A stretch of DNA of 45,160 nucleotides, taken from contig JAHRHZ010000019.1 in assembly GCA_024137785.1 (NCBI GenBank), positions 1,024,155 to 1,069,314 of the forward strand, in the 5' to 3' direction. The DNA is from Ginglymostoma cirratum. Lineage: Eukaryota. A program made the position numbers and the translations under genes. Below, piece by piece: positions 22,990 through 36,307 of the stretch (positions are counted from its first letter, which is position 1; every line of letters begins with the position of its first letter). Below the pieces are notes generated by a model. The model was not told the DNA's origin. It saw only the letters and a program-made list of their open reading frames with translations, and ran no database searches.

Positions 22990-24480
22990 TTGTTGATACT
23001 TAACATTGACAAGGCACCAGGATGGGATGAGATGCATCCCAAGACATTGAAGGAAGAGAAAGCAAACAATTCAAGGGCCTCGGCCACAATCTCTCAGTCT
23101 TCTTTCAGCATGGGGGATGTGCCGAGACTAGAAACTTGCAAACATTACATCCTTGTTGAAGAAAGGTTATGACAACAAGCCCCACATTAACTTCAATGGC
23201 AGGATGATTTTGGTGATAATTATTTGGGATAGAATTAATAATGGAAAAATGCAGATTGGCTTGGAAGAACCAGCGTAGATTTCTAAAGGGGAAATGATGT
23301 CTCACTTAATTGCTGGAGTTTTTCAAAGAGGCAGTAGAAAGGTTCAGTGAAGGTAATGCTGCTCATGTGGACCATAAGGATTTCAAGAAGGCAGTAGATG
23401 CAGTGCCACATGATGGACTTGTGAGGAATGTAATCAGTCAATATAAAAGGGACAGTGACAATGTGGATACAAAACTGTCTGCGTGATTGGAAACAAGAGG
23501 TTAACGGTCAATGGATATTTTTTGGGCTGGGTGAGGTTTGTAGTGGAGTTCTCCAGGGGTTGTAATTGGGTCTGTTGCTTTTCCTGATATATATGAATGA
23601 TCTGACTCATTGTGTGCAAGTGACAGCTACAAAGTTTCTCGATGACATGGAACTTCGAGGAATTGTAAACCTTGAAGAAGACAATATGAGAGTCCAAAAG
23701 GACATTGGCAAGTTGGTGGAATGGGCAAGTAGGTGGCGGATGAAATTCAATGCAGACAGTAGTGTAAGATGTAAGGTCAGAAGAACATCCAAAAACAGTC
23801 TAAAATAGGGGGTGCAATTCTAAAGTGGAGCAGAGGGACCTGGGTACATCTGCGCACAGAGCATTGAAGTGACAGACAGGTGGAGAGAGCAGTCAATAAA
23901 GTAAACAGTGGCCTCAGCTTTATTAACAGAGACAGAGAGTGTACAAGAGCAAAGAAGTGTGGAACTTGTACAAGGCACTTGTTCGTCCTCAGCTGAAGTA
24001 TTGTGTACAGTTGTGGGCACCACATCATAGGAAAGATGTGATTGCATTAGAGAGGGAGTGCAATGGTTCAAGGGATAAGGAACTTCAGCGATGAGGGCAG
24101 ATTGTCGAAGTTGGGGCTGTTCTCCCTGGAGAGAAGTCTGAGAAGAAATCTGATAGTGGATTTCAAAATCATGAGCTGGTGTAGATGGGTAGATGGGGAG
24201 AAGGTGTTTCTGCTTGTAAAAGGAACAAGAATGAGAGGGATGTGGATTTAAAGTGACCTGCAAAAGGTGGAAGTGTGATGTGAGACAAAAGCTTTTTTAA
24301 AACAGCACTGCCTGGAAATGTGGTGGAGGCAAGTTCACCTGAGGATTTCAGGAGGATATTTGATGCTGATTTGGACTGAAATGGTTTGCAGGGATATGGA
24401 GAAAACACAGGAGATAGTGACAAGGTAATGATGTTTATTTGAAATTCAGGGTGGCCTCCTGTGCTGTAATATTTTTCTGA
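22990..24480 (+). mobile_element. Decayed CR1 LINE RT/3' fragment
   Basis: LNIDKAPGWDEMHPKTLKE; LLFLIYMNDL...KFLDDMEL...EWASRWRMKFN; LSKLGLFSLERSLRRNLI. Confidence 0.85.
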
Positions 24481-24799
24481 TTCTGCTCTTCCCCTTTGAG
24501 CCTACACTTGTCCCCATCCCCTAACCATTCTGGCCCTGATCCACACACCTCCCTCCACCCCATTGTCCAAGCTCCTGTTTCTGTAACATTCAGTGATACT
24601 CCACCCCGCTAAAACTATCTGCTACCACAGTCCTGAAATTCAATTCACCCACATCCCACTCCCTCCTATCATGAATATTTGCTCTCAGTGCTGTCAGTCT
24701 AACCCCGCAACCCCATATTAGAAGGTACAAACCCACCCTTGAAATCTATCCCTCTTCCATCACACTTGCCTGGAAACGCTCACACCTCCCCCACCTCCC

Positions 24800-27700
24800 T
24801 TATGTGATCTATTTGGATGTCAACAAGATCTTTGACAAGGTGCCATATAGGAGATTGTGAAATAAGATCAGAGCCCATGGAATTAGGGATAAGGTACTGG
24901 CATGGACAGAAGATTGTCTAATTGGCAGAAGGCAAGAAGCAATGGTAAAGGCTCTTTTTCAGGATGGCAGCCAGTGATTAGTGGAGTTCCACCGGCTCAG
25001 CGATGGGATTACAACTGTTTGCATTATACATTAATGATCTGGACACAGGAACTGAGACCATTATTGCTCAGCTTACGGGTGACATAAAAATAGGTGAGGG
25101 ACAGTTAGTGTTGACTAAGTGGGCAGGCTGCAGAAGGACTTGGACAAGCTCGGAGAGTTGGCAAAGAAGTGGCAGATGGCATACAATGTTGGAAAGTGTG
25201 AGGTTATGCACTTTGTTAGGAAGAATAGAGGCATGGACCGTTTTCTAAATGGAGAAAGGCCTCAGAAATCTGAAGCATAATGGGACTTGGGAGTCTTGAT
25301 TCAGCATTATTTTAAGGTTAACAAGCAGGTTAAATTGCTGGTTAGGAAAGTAAACACAACGTTAGCATTCATTTCAAGAGGGCGAGAAAACAAGAGCTGA
25401 GATAGACCGCATTTGAAATATTGTTCACAGTTTTGGACTCCTTATCTAAGGAAAGATCTACGACCATTGGAGGGGGTCCAGAAGAGGTTAATATAAATTA
25501 TTCTGGAGATGAAGGGCTTGTCATACGAGTATCGATTGAGGACTTTGGGTCTGTGCTTAATGCAGTTCAGAAGGAAGAAAAGGGATTCGATTGAAACTTA
25601 CAGAATAATGAGAGGCCTGGACAGAGTGGGTATGGAAAATGCTCCCACAAGTAGGAGAGACTAGGTCCATAAGACCGTAAGACCATAAGACATAGGAGCA
25701 GAAATTAGGCCATTTGGCCCACTGAGTCTCCTCTGCCATTCAATCATGGCTTATAAGTTCCTCAACCCCATTCTGCTGCTTTGTCCCTGTAACCCTTGAT
25801 CCCCTTGACAATCAAGAACCTATCTATCTCAGTCTTAAATGTACTCAATATCTCGCCTCCACAGCCTTCTGTGGCAGTGAAATCCATAGATTCACCACTC
25901 TCTGGCTGAAGAAGTTTCTCCTTATCTCCATTCTAAAAGGTCTTCCCTTTACTCTAAGGCTGTGCCCTTGGGTCCTAGACTCTCCTACCATTGGAAGCAT
26001 CTTCCCAACATCCACTTTTTCCAGGCCATTCAGTATTCTGGAAGTTTCAATTAGATGCCCCCTCATCTGTCTAAACTCCAGTGATTATAGTGCCACAGTC
26101 CTCAAATGTTCCTCATATGTTAAGCTTTCCATTCCTGGGACCATTCTCGTGAACCTCCTCTGAACCTGCTCCAGGGCCAGTATATCCTTCCTAACATATG
26201 GGGCCCAAAACCGCATGCAATACTTCAAATGTGGCCTGGCCAGAGCCTTATAAAGCCTCAGCAGTATATTCCTGCTTTTATATTCAAGTCCTCTCAAAAT
26301 AAATGCCAACATTGCATTTGCCTTCCTGACTACTGATTCAACTTGCAAGTTTACCTTGAGAGAATCCTGCACGAGAACTCCCAAGTCTTTTTGCACTTCA
26401 GACTTCTGAATTTTCTCCCCATTTAGAAAATAGTCCACGCTTTTGTTTTTCTTACGAAAGTGCATGACCTCACACTTTACCACATTGTACTCCCTCTGCC
26501 ACTTCTTTGCCCACATTCCTAACCTGTCCAAATCATTCTGCAGCCTCGCCACCTCCTCAATACTACCTGTCCCTCCACCTATCTTTGTATCATCTGCAAA
26601 CTTAGCCAGAATGCCCACAGTTCCTTCATCTAGATCATTAATGTATAAAGTGAAAAGTTGTGGTCCCAACACTGACTCTTACGGAACTCCACTTGTCACC
26701 AGCTGCCATCCTGAGAAAGACCCCTTTATCCCTACTCTGCTTTCTGCCAGACAGCCAATTTTCTATTCTTATCTTACTCAGCAGCCTCCTGTATGGCATT
26801 TTATCAAAGGCGTTCTTGAAGCCCAGGTAAATAACATGTATTGGCTCTCCTTGGTCTACACTGCTCGTTACTTCCTCAAAGAATTCTAGCAGATTTGCTA
26901 GAACTCCCCTTGATGAAACCATGCTGACTTTCCCTACTTTACTATGCACTTTCAAATATTCAGCAATCTCATCATTTACAATGGACTTCAAAATCTTACC
27001 CACGACTGAGGTTAGGCTAATTGGCCTGTAAGTTTCCGTCTTTTGCCTCACACCCTTTTTAAACAGGGGTGTCATGTTAGCGGTTTTCCAGTCCTCTGGG
27101 ACCCGCCTTGACTCTAGTGATTCCTGAAAGATCACCACTAACACTTCCACTATCTCTTCAGCTATCTCCTTTAGAACTCTGGGGGGTCGTCCATCTGGTC
27201 CTGGTGATTTGTCCACCTTCAGGCCAATCAGTTTTACTAGCACCTTTTCCTTGGTGATGGCCGCCATACTCAGCTCTGCCCCCCTGATTCTTTTGAATTT
27301 TTGGGATATTACTTGTGTCTTCCACCGTGAAGACTGATGCAAAGTAATTATTCAGTTCCTCAGCCATTTCCTTGTTCCCCACTACCATCTCTCCACCGTC
27401 ATTTTCCAGTGGTCCAATGTCCACTTTTGCCTCTCTTTTGCCCTTTATATACCTAAAGAAACTCTTACAGTCTCCATATTTATTACTGGCTAATTCACCC
27501 TCATATTTAATCTTCTCCGTCCTTATTTCTTTTTTTGTTGCCCTCTGTTGGTCTTTGTAAGCTTCCCAGTCCTCTCGTTTCCCACTGCCCTTCGCCACAT
27601 TATATACTTTCTCTTTTGATTTTATGCTATCCCTGACTTCCTTAGTCAGCCATGGATGCCTCCTGAGTGCACAGCCTCGGGAGTGAAGGGACAACCCTTG

Positions 27701-27950
27701 AAAACTGACATGAGGAGGAATTTCTTCAACCAGAGGCTGGTTGATCTGTGCAATTCATTGCCTTGAGGGCTGTGGAGACCAAGTCTTCCAGTGTATTCAA
27801 GACAGAGACTGGTCAGTTTTTCATTAGTTAGGGGATCAAGGTCTACAGAGAGAAGGCAGGAGAATGGGTTGAGAAGCATATCAACCATGATTGAATGGTG
27901 GAGCAGTCCCAATGGGCCAAATAGTCTAATCCTGTTCCTGTATGTTATGA
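24800..27950 (+). mobile_element. CR1 LINE (host) interrupted by an opposite-strand CR1
   Basis: RT pieces in 24800-25667 (LQLFALYINDLDTG). The sequence gagactaggtcc resumes as tcctgagtgcacagcctc at ~27661 and continues into the 3' UTR. Confidence 0.8.
25667..27660 (-). mobile_element. Younger 5'-truncated CR1 LINE (RT)
   Basis: ORFs 27158-27694, 26638-27342, 26085-26672 ([16 protein letters not shown]) and 25845-26066; (tcttatgg)n tail at 25667-25692. Confidence 0.92.
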
Positions 27951-28168
27951 CCTTATCGGGGTCACCATATGCCAGACACAATTGTCCTCCTTCATTTTGA
28001 ACTGGACACTCTTCTTTTCTTTACAAGCTCTGTCAGGCTACCTGTCTGCTTCCTGCTTGGTTGGACAGCACCATCATAAGACCATAAGACCATAAGACAT
28101 AGGAGTGGAATTAAGGCCATTCGGCCCATCGAGTCCACTCTGCCATTTAATCATGACTGATGGGTATT

Positions 28169-31115
28169 TCAACTCCACTTACCTGCATTCTCCCTGTAGC
28201 CCTTGATTCCATGCGAGATCAAGAATTTATCAATCTCTGCCTTGAAGACATTCAACGCCCCGGCCTCCACTGCGCTCCGTGGCAATGAATTCCACAGGCC
28301 CACCACTCTCTGGCTGAAGAAATGTTTCCTCATTTCCGTTCTAAATTGACCCCCTCTAATTCTAAGGCTGTGCCCACGGGTCCTAGTATCCCCACCTAAC
28401 AGAAACAACTTTCCAGCGTCCACCCTTTCTAAGCCATGCATTATCTTGTAAGTTTCTATTAGATCTCCCCTCAACCTTCTAAACTCTAATGGATACAATC
28501 CCAGGATCCTCAGCCGTTCATCGTATGTTAGGCCTACCATTCCAGGGATCATCTGTGTGAATCTCCGCTGGACATGCTCCAGTGCCAGTATGTCCTTCCT
28601 GAGGTGTGGGGCCCAAACTTGGACACAGTATTCTAAATGGGGCCTAACTAGAGCTTTATAAAGTCTCAGAAACACATTGCTGCTTTTATATTCCAACCCT
28701 CTTGAGATAAATGACAACATTACATTCACTTTCTTAATCACGGACTCAACCTGCAAGTTAACCTTTAGAGAATCCTGTACTAGCACTCCCAGATCCCTTT
28801 GTACTTCGGCTTTATGAATTTTCTCACCGTTCAGAAAATAGTCCATGCCTGTATTCTTTTTTCCAAAGTGCAAGACCTCGCATTTGCTCACGTTGAATTT
28901 CATCAGCCATTTCCTGGACCACTCTCCTAAACTGTCTAAATCATTCTTCAGCCTCCCCACCTCCTCCGTACTCCCTGCCTATCCACCCAACTTCGTATAT
29001 CGGCAAACTTCGCCAGAATGCCCCCAGTCCCTTCATCCAGATCGTTAATATATAAAGTGAACAGCTGCGGCCCCAACACTGAACCCTGCGGGACACCACT
29101 TGTCACCGGTTGCCATTCTGAAAAAGAGCCTTTTATCCCAACTCTCTGCCTTCTGTCAGACAGCCAATCCCCAATCCATGCCAGTAACTCACCTCGAACA
29201 CCATGGGCCCTCACCTTACTCAGCAGCCTCCCGTGAGGCACCTTATCAAAGGCCTTTTGGAAGTCAAGATAGATAACATCCACTGGGTTTCCCTGGTCTA
29301 ACCTACTTGTTACGTCCTCAAAGAATGCTAACAGGTTTGTCAGACACGACCTCCCCTTACTAAATCCATGCTGACTTGTTCTAATCCGACCCTGCACTTC
29401 CAAGAATTTAGAAATCTCATCCTTAACAATAGATTCCAGAATTTTACCAACAACCGAGGTTAGGCTAATCGGCCTATAATTTTCCATCTTTTGCCTTGAT
29501 CCTTTCTTAAACAAGGGGGTTACAACAGTGATTTTCCAACCTTCTGGGACTTCCCCTGACTCCAGTGACTTTTGAAAGATCACAACCAACGCCTCTGCTA
29601 TTTCCTCAGCCACCTCCCTCAGATCTGTAGGATGTAGCCCATCGGGGACAGGAGATTTATCAATTTTTAGACCTTTTAGCTTTTCTAGCACTTTCTCTTT
29701 TGTAATGCCTACCATACTCAACTCTGCCCCCTGACTCTCCTTAATTGTTGGGATATTACTCATGTCTTCCACTTTGATGACTGATGCAAAATACTTATTA
29801 AGTTCTTCAGCTATTTCCTTATCTCCCATCACTAGCCTTCCAGCATCAGTTTCGAGCAGTCCAATGTCTACTTTTGCCTCTCGTTTGTTTCTTATGTATT
29901 GAAAGAAACTTTTGGTATCATTTCTAATATTACTGGCTAGCCTACCTTCTTATTTGATCCTCTCCTTCCTTATTTCTCTCTTTGTTATCCTCTGTTTGTT
30001 CTTGTACCCTTCCCAATCTTCTGATTTCCCAGTGCTCTTGGCCACTATATAGGCTTTCTCTTTTTCTTTGATACATTTCCTGACTTCCTTTGTCAGCCAT
30101 GGCTGTCTAATCCTCCCCCCGGATAATTTTTCTTTTCTTTGGGATGAACCTCTGTATTGTGTCCTCAATTACACCGAGAAACTCCTGCCATTGTTGCTCT
30201 ACTGTCTTCCCCGCTAGGCTCTGCTTCCAGTCGATTTTCGTCAGTTCCTCTCTCATGCCCTTGTAGTTGCCTTTATTTAACTGTAACACCATTACATCCG
30301 ATTTTGCCTTCTCTCTTTCAAACCGCAGACTGAACTCTACCATGTTATGATCGCTGCCTCCTAAGTGTTCCCTTACTTTAAGGTCTTTTATAAAGTCTGG
30401 CTCGTTACATAGCACTAAGTCCAGAATAGCCTGCTCCCTTGTGGGCTCCATCACAAGCTGTTCCAAAAAGCCATCCTGTGGGCATTCCATGAATTCCCTT
30501 TCTTTGGATCCACCGGCAATATTATTCACCCAGTCCACCTGCATATTGAAGTCCCCCATGATCACCGTGACCTTGCCTTTCTGACATGCCCTATCTATTT
30601 CCCGGTGCATCTTGCACCCCTGGTCCTGACCACTGTTCGGAGGTCTGTACATAACTCCCATTATGGTGTTCTTTGCCTTTGTGGTTCCTCAACTCCACCC
30701 ACACAGACTCCACGTCATCTGACCCTGTGTCATTCAGTGCTATTGATTTAATTTCATTCTTAACTAACAAGGCAACCCCACCCCCTCTGCCCACCTCCCT
30801 GTCTTTTCGATAAGTTGTAAATCCTTGGATGTTTAACTGCCAGTCCTGAACCCCCTGCAACCACATCTCTGTGATGCCTACCACATCGTAATCATTCAAG
30901 ATGATTTGTGCCATTAATTCATCTACTTTGTTACGAATACTACAAGCATTTAGGTAAAGTTCCTTAATGCTAACTTTCTTATCATTATTAGAGATGTTGG
31001 AAATCATAAGATGTTCTAAGTTATCCTTCCTTTTTGCTGCATTCTTAGTCTGCCTCGAGCTTAAACCCACCTGCTCACATGCTATCCCGCTGCTTATCAT
31101 TCCATTTAACTCCAT
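28169..31115 (-). pseudogene. CR1 ORF2 (APE endonuclease + reverse transcriptase), broken by several frameshifts
   Basis: YLNACSIRNK, VGITEMWL, GVMYRPPNS, MGDFN, SDHN; [34 protein letters not shown]. Confidence 0.9.
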
Positions 31116-31146
31116 ACACCCTGTCGCTTTCCCTTCCCCCGCTGAC

Positions 31147-31677
31147 TCAGAAGTTTAAAGTCCTACTGACCACCCTATTTATTCTTTTCGCGAGAACACT
31201 GGTTCCAGATCGGTTCAGGTGGAGACCGTCCCAACGGTACAGATCCCCCCGGTTCCAAAACTGATGCCAATGCCCCATGAAATGGAATCCCTCTTTCCCA
31301 CACCAATCCCTTAGCCGTGTGTTTACTTCCCTAACTTTCTTATCCCTATGCCAATTGGCACGTGGCTCGGGCAGTAATCTGGAGATTATGACCCTTGAGG
31401 ACTTGTACTTCAATTTCCTTCCTACTGCTTGATAATCCCTGAACGGGTCCTCTACCCTAGCTTTGCCGATGTCGTTAGTCCCAACATGGACCGCAACAAC
31501 TGGATCCTCCCCCTCCTGCTCCAATATCTTTTCAAGCCGATCGGAGATGTCCTGCACCCTCGCACCGGGCAGGCAACACACCATGCGGGACTCCCAATCC
31601 GGCCTGCATAGGATACTATCTGTCCCCCTAATTATCGAATCCCCTATAACAACGACTTGTCTTTTTGCTCCCCCCAT
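31147..31677 (-). CDS. CR1 ORF1 SGNH-hydrolase/esterase domain
   Basis: VVVIGDSIIRG, CLPGARV, VHVGTND and DGLHLN blocks (GDS, GxND, DxxH). Confidence 0.85.
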   Translation of the reverse strand: MGGAKRQVVVIGDSIIRGTDSILCRPDWESRMVCCLPGARVQDISDRLEKILEQEGEDPVVAVHVGTNDIGKARVEDPFRDYQAVGRKLKYKSSRVIISRLLPEPRANWHRDKKVREVNTRLRDWCGKEGFHFMGHWHQFWNRGDLYRWDGLHLNRSGTSVLAKRINRVVSRTLNF

Positions 31678-31871
31678 CCCATTGCCTCAGTGAGCAAAGA
31701 GTGTACAGTCATTGCTGCTGTCTGAAATCCATCAGGAAAACATCATTGCCCTTTACATGTTGCTACCATCCAGTTAGGAATCTTAAAACAGGTTTTGTAC
31801 AATCATCGAAAACTTCATTGTAAAGGGGAACTTAATTTGAGCTTCCTGAAACTTAATATCAAGAAATTCAG

Positions 31872-32520
31872 GGACAACAAGGTGCAGAGCTGGATGAACA
31901 CAGCAGGCCAAGCAGCATCAGAGGAGCAGGAAGGCTGACGTTTCGGGCCTAGACCCTTCTTCAGAAAAGGGTCTGANNNNNNNNNNNNNNNNNNNNNNNN
32001 NNNNNNNNNNNNNNNNNNNNNNNNNNNNNNNNNNNNNNNNNNNNNNNNNNNNNNNNNNNNNNNNNNNNNNNNNNNNNNNNNNNNNNNNNNNNNNNNNNNN
32101 NNNNNNNNNNNNNNNNNNNNNNNNNNNNNNNNNNNNNNNNNNNNNNNNNNNNNNNNNNNNNNNNNNNNNNNNNNNNNNNNNNNNNNNNNNNNNNNNNNNN
32201 NNNNNNNNNNNNNNNNNNNNNNNNNNNNNNNNNNNNNNNNNNNNNNNNNNNNNNNNNNNNNNNNNNNNNNNNNNNNNNNNNNNNNNNNNNNNNNNNNNNN
32301 NNNNNNNNNNNNNNNNNNNNNNNNNNNNNNNNNNNNNNNNNNNNNNNNNNNNNNNNNNNNNNNNNNNNNNNNNNNNTCAGACCCTTTTCTGAAGAAGGGT
32401 CTAGGCCCGAAACGTCAGCCTTCCTGCTCCTCTGATGCTGCTTGGCCTGCTGTGTTCATCCAGCTCTGCACCTTGTTATCTCAGATTCTCCAGCATCTGC
32501 AGTTCCTGCTATCTCTGAAA
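31872..32520. mobile_element. Fold-back Penelope pLTR mini-element spanning a 400-N gap, 12-bp TSD
   Basis: TSD caagaaattcag at 31860-31871 and 32521-32532. The gap flanks are exact reverse complements. Intact CTGAAGA-agggtctaggccc-GAAACGTC on both arms. Confidence 0.8.
31977..32376. other. Assembly gap (400 N)
   Basis: Run of N. Confidence 1.
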
Positions 32521-32979
32521 CAAGAAATTCAGCTTGCTTTAAAATTCCAAGAATTTAATTCCAAATGATCATCCCACCTCCTGGAAATTGGTTTTCATCC
32601 CAAGAAGTCCTCCCTCCTGCTTTGTTCCCATTCCCAAGAATGGCACAAGATTCTACCCTCTACCTTAGAGTGGAGTATATCTCATTAGAATAACAACAAA
32701 AAAACAGACACATGCAACACAGAAAATAAACACTGCATTCTCCTTCCACTGGGGAATTAGCAACACAGGAGCAACTGCTGATACCAGTATGAATCCACAG
32801 TGACTTATTCCCTTCCTCTCTCAGTAACTGGTTATCAGAGGATCTCACTTCTACACAGGACACTATCATCAGTAACTCTCAAACACTGTCTTGCCTCGAA
32901 GTCACTCTTCCTCTCACAAGACCCACTGCCAGACTTGATGGACAATTCAGTTAAAGAGGTGGTGCACTATCCTCTCTCT

Positions 32980-33222
32980 GAAAATCATGGAACAGAAGTC
33001 GGCCATTCAGCCCCTCTAGACTGCCCCACCAGTGAACACGGTCGTGGCTGATCTCATCTTGGCCTCAACTCCACTTTAATGCCCATTCCTCATAACCCTT
33101 TGAAATGTTACCATTAAAAAGCTGTCTCCTCCTTAAATTTATTCCATGTCCCAGTATTCACCACTCATTGGGTTAGTGAATTCCACAGATTCATGGCCCT
33201 ACGGAAGAAATATTTCATCCTC
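32980..33222 (-). mobile_element. CR1 3' end fragment
   Basis: ggaacagaagtcggccattcagccc...gaattccacagattc 3' UTR signature. Confidence 0.7.
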
Positions 33223-33229
33223 AAGAGAG

Positions 33230-36030
33230 AACCAAGAACAAAGGAGAAGTACAGCACAGGAACAGGCCCTCCAAACCTTATCATCATGCCTTACACAACT
33301 ATAAAAACAAACCATCTGCCCTTATTCAGTCTGTATGCCTCTATTCCGTCCCGACTCATGTAACCATCCAAATACATCTTAAATGTCTCCAACATGCCTG
33401 CTTCCAGCACCTCTTCTGGCAGTGCATTCCAGGCTCCTAACAGTTTTGGCATGAAAAACCTCCCTCACACATCTCCCTGAACCTTCTCTCTCTAACTTTG
33501 AAGCTGTGCCCCGTTGTAACTGAAACTTCAACTCTGGGAAAAAACCTCTGACGATCCAACCTATCTATGCTCCCCAATTTTGTAGACCTCTATCAGGTCT
33601 CCTCTCTGTCGTCATCTTTCCAGTGAAAACAATCCTCATTTTTTTAAAGTTTTCCCCATAGTCAATACACTGGAGACCAGGCAACATCCTGGTGAACCTT
33701 CTCTGTGCTCTCTCCAAAGCTTCCACATCCTTCTGGTAATGTGGTGACCAAAATTGCACACAACACTCCAAATGTGGCCTAGCCAGGGTTTTATATAGCT
33801 GCAACATGGTTTGCCAGCTCTTGTACTCCATGCCCTGGCCAATGAACGTGAGCATGCCATATAACTTCTGAATCTCTTTGGCTACTTTTAGGTAACTGTG
33901 GACCTGCATGCATCTGTTTGTTAATGTCACTAAGGGTTCTGTCTTTTACAGTGTAATTCACACCTAAATTTGATCCTCCAAAATGTGTCATCTCGCATCT
34001 GTCTGGATTAAACTCCATCTGCCATTTCTGTGCTCACGTCACCAATTTATTTATATCCTGTTGTATCCTTTCACAATGATCAGCACTATCAGCAGCTCCA
34101 CCAACCTTCATGTCATCTGCAAACTTCCTATCCAGACCACCCACATTTTCCTCCAGATCATTTATATATACTACAAACAGAGGACCTAAGACTGATCCCT
34201 ATCGAACATTAGTTACCAGTCCCCATCCTGAAAAGCACCCTTCTACTGCTACCTTCTGTCTTCTATGACCAAGCCAGCTTTGCATTCATCTAGCAAGCCC
34301 ACACCAAATCTCATGTGATTTCAGTTTTTGTACCAATCTGCCATGTGGGACTTCAATCAAATGCCTCACTAAAGTCTGTATAAACTACATCCGATCAGAT
34401 TGATGAAACATGAACTTTTTCATACAAAACCATGCTGCCTGTTGCTAACTAGTTCAATTTCTTCCAAATGTGTATATATCTTGTCCCTCAGTATCTACTC
34501 CAAGAGCTTCCCCAACACAGATGTCAGGCTCACCAGACTATAATTTCCTGGATTATCCCTGCTTCCTTTCTTAAACAATGGAACGACATTGGCTAATCTC
34601 CAGTCCTCTGGAACCTTATCTGTGGTCAAAGAGGATGTGAAGGCGAGGGGGAGGCCATGGCATAATGGTATTATCGCTGAACTGTTATTCCAGATAATGT
34701 TCTGAGGACCTGGGTTCAAATTCCCCCTCAGCAGACAAAGGAATTTGAATTTAAAAAAGAAAATCTGAAATGAAGAGTCTGACAATCACTATGAACCCAT
34801 TGCCAATTGTTGGGGAAAAACCCATCTGGTTCACTCATGTCCTTCAGGGAAGAAAACTGCCATCCTTACCCAGTCTGTCCTACATGTGACCCACAGCAAT
34901 GTCATTGACTCTTAATTGCCCTCTGAGCAATAAGTTCTGCCGAGCCAGCTACACCCTCATCCCATGAAAGAATAAAGAAGATATCAGCTAAAGTCCCAAT
35001 TATTTCTTCCACTGCAACCTGTGATAGACCCCATCTGGCTCTGGAGCCTTGTCTACTTTAATGCAATTCAGGATACCCAAAAATTCCTCCTTCAATATAT
35101 TGACATTCTCTAGAGTATTCACACACTCATCCCTGACCTCATCAGCAGTCATGTCCTTCTCCTTGATGAATACTGATACAAAGTACTCATTAAGGATCTC
35201 GCATAATTCCTGTGGCTCCATGCATAACTTCCCACTTTTGTCCTTGAGTGGGCCTACTCTTTCCCTTGCTACATTCTTTCTTCTAATATATGAATAAAAA
35301 GCCTTGGGATTCTCCTTGAATCTGTTTGCTAAAGACATTTCACAGCCCCTTTTAGCCTTCCTAATTCTGCATTTAAGTTCCTTCCTAATTTCTCTATACT
35401 CCTCAAGGGCTTTGTCAGTTTGTAGCTGCCTAGACCTATTGTATGCTTCCTTCTTCCTTTCATTTCAGCTTTGAATTTCCCGTGTCATCCATGGTTTCTG
35501 AATCCTGCCATTGCTATCCTTCAGTTTTGCAGGGACATGCACGTCCTGCACTTAAATCAACTGGTCTTTAAAAACATCCGCATGCCAGACATAGATTTGC
35601 CCTAAAATACCTGCCGATAATCCACATTCCTGAGTTCCTGTCTAATTTGGATGTAATTGGCCCTTGCCAAATTAAACACCCTCACCCAAGGGCCACTCTT
35701 GTCCTTGTCCATGACTACTCAAAATCTTATGGAGTTATGGTCACTAAGCCCAAAATGCTCTCCTACTGTAACATTGATAACCTTTTGTGGCCCATTCCCT
35801 AATATCAAGTCTCGAATGGCCTCCTCTCTGTTTGGATTGCCAACATATTGTTTCAAAAAGCCCTCCTGGACACATCTAACAAATAGCTCTCGTTCTGAGC
35901 TCCTGGCTCTAAGGGAGTCCCAGTCAATCAGAGGAAAGCTGAAGTCACCCACCACAGCTACCTTGCTTTTTTCACACCTTTCCAGTATCTGACTACATAC
36001 CTGCTCCTCTGTCCTCCTCATTTGTTTCAA
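33230..36030 (-). mobile_element. Decayed CR1 LINE (EN-RT-3') with nested SINE
   Basis: VAVVGDFSFP..SDHNSIRF; KENPKAFYSYIR; VPEDWRLANVVPLFKKG; LQLYKTLARPHLECCVQFWSP. Confidence 0.9.
34646..34980 (+). mobile_element. tRNA-derived SINE with CR1-like tail
   Basis: gaggccatggcataatggtattatcgct...gggttcaaattcc...cccatgaaagaataaag. Confidence 0.85.
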
Positions 36031-36216
36031 ATCTGCTATTTTTTCACCTTAAACTATGGTCTCTCATTCTAAGTGGTGTCCACATTAGATATAAATGGTG
36101 TCCACACTGTATCTCAGTACGTGCTCAGGAATTGCCCACAGCAATCCAACACTCTGAATATTGATTGCTTTGGTTCTAAGATTGCCCAACAACCCACAAG
36201 GAAACACAGTCAGATG

Positions 36217-36307
36217 TAACAAGCATGGGGCTGGATGAACACAGCAGGTCAAGCAGCATCATAGGAGCAGGAAAACTTGACGTTTCGGGCCTAGACCCTT
36301 CATCAGA
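36217..36307 (-). mobile_element. Penelope pLTR fragment beginning at the hammerhead core
   Basis: Reverse complement tCTGATGAagggtctaggcccGAAACGTCaagttttcctgctcc...ccccatgcttgtta, near-identical to 6471-6565. Confidence 0.85.

Larger units (their letters stand above)
28071..31680 (-). mobile_element. Long CR1 LINE (5'-truncated in ORF1; ORF2 frameshifted)
   Basis: ORF1 esterase + EN + RT + 3' UTR + (tcttatgg)n tail at 28071-28100. Confidence 0.95.

Noticed and set aside
31690-31722. Acceptor + DSSNDCTLFAH* as an ITIM-like tail exon
   Set aside because: No tyrosine, very short, and chance-level evidence.
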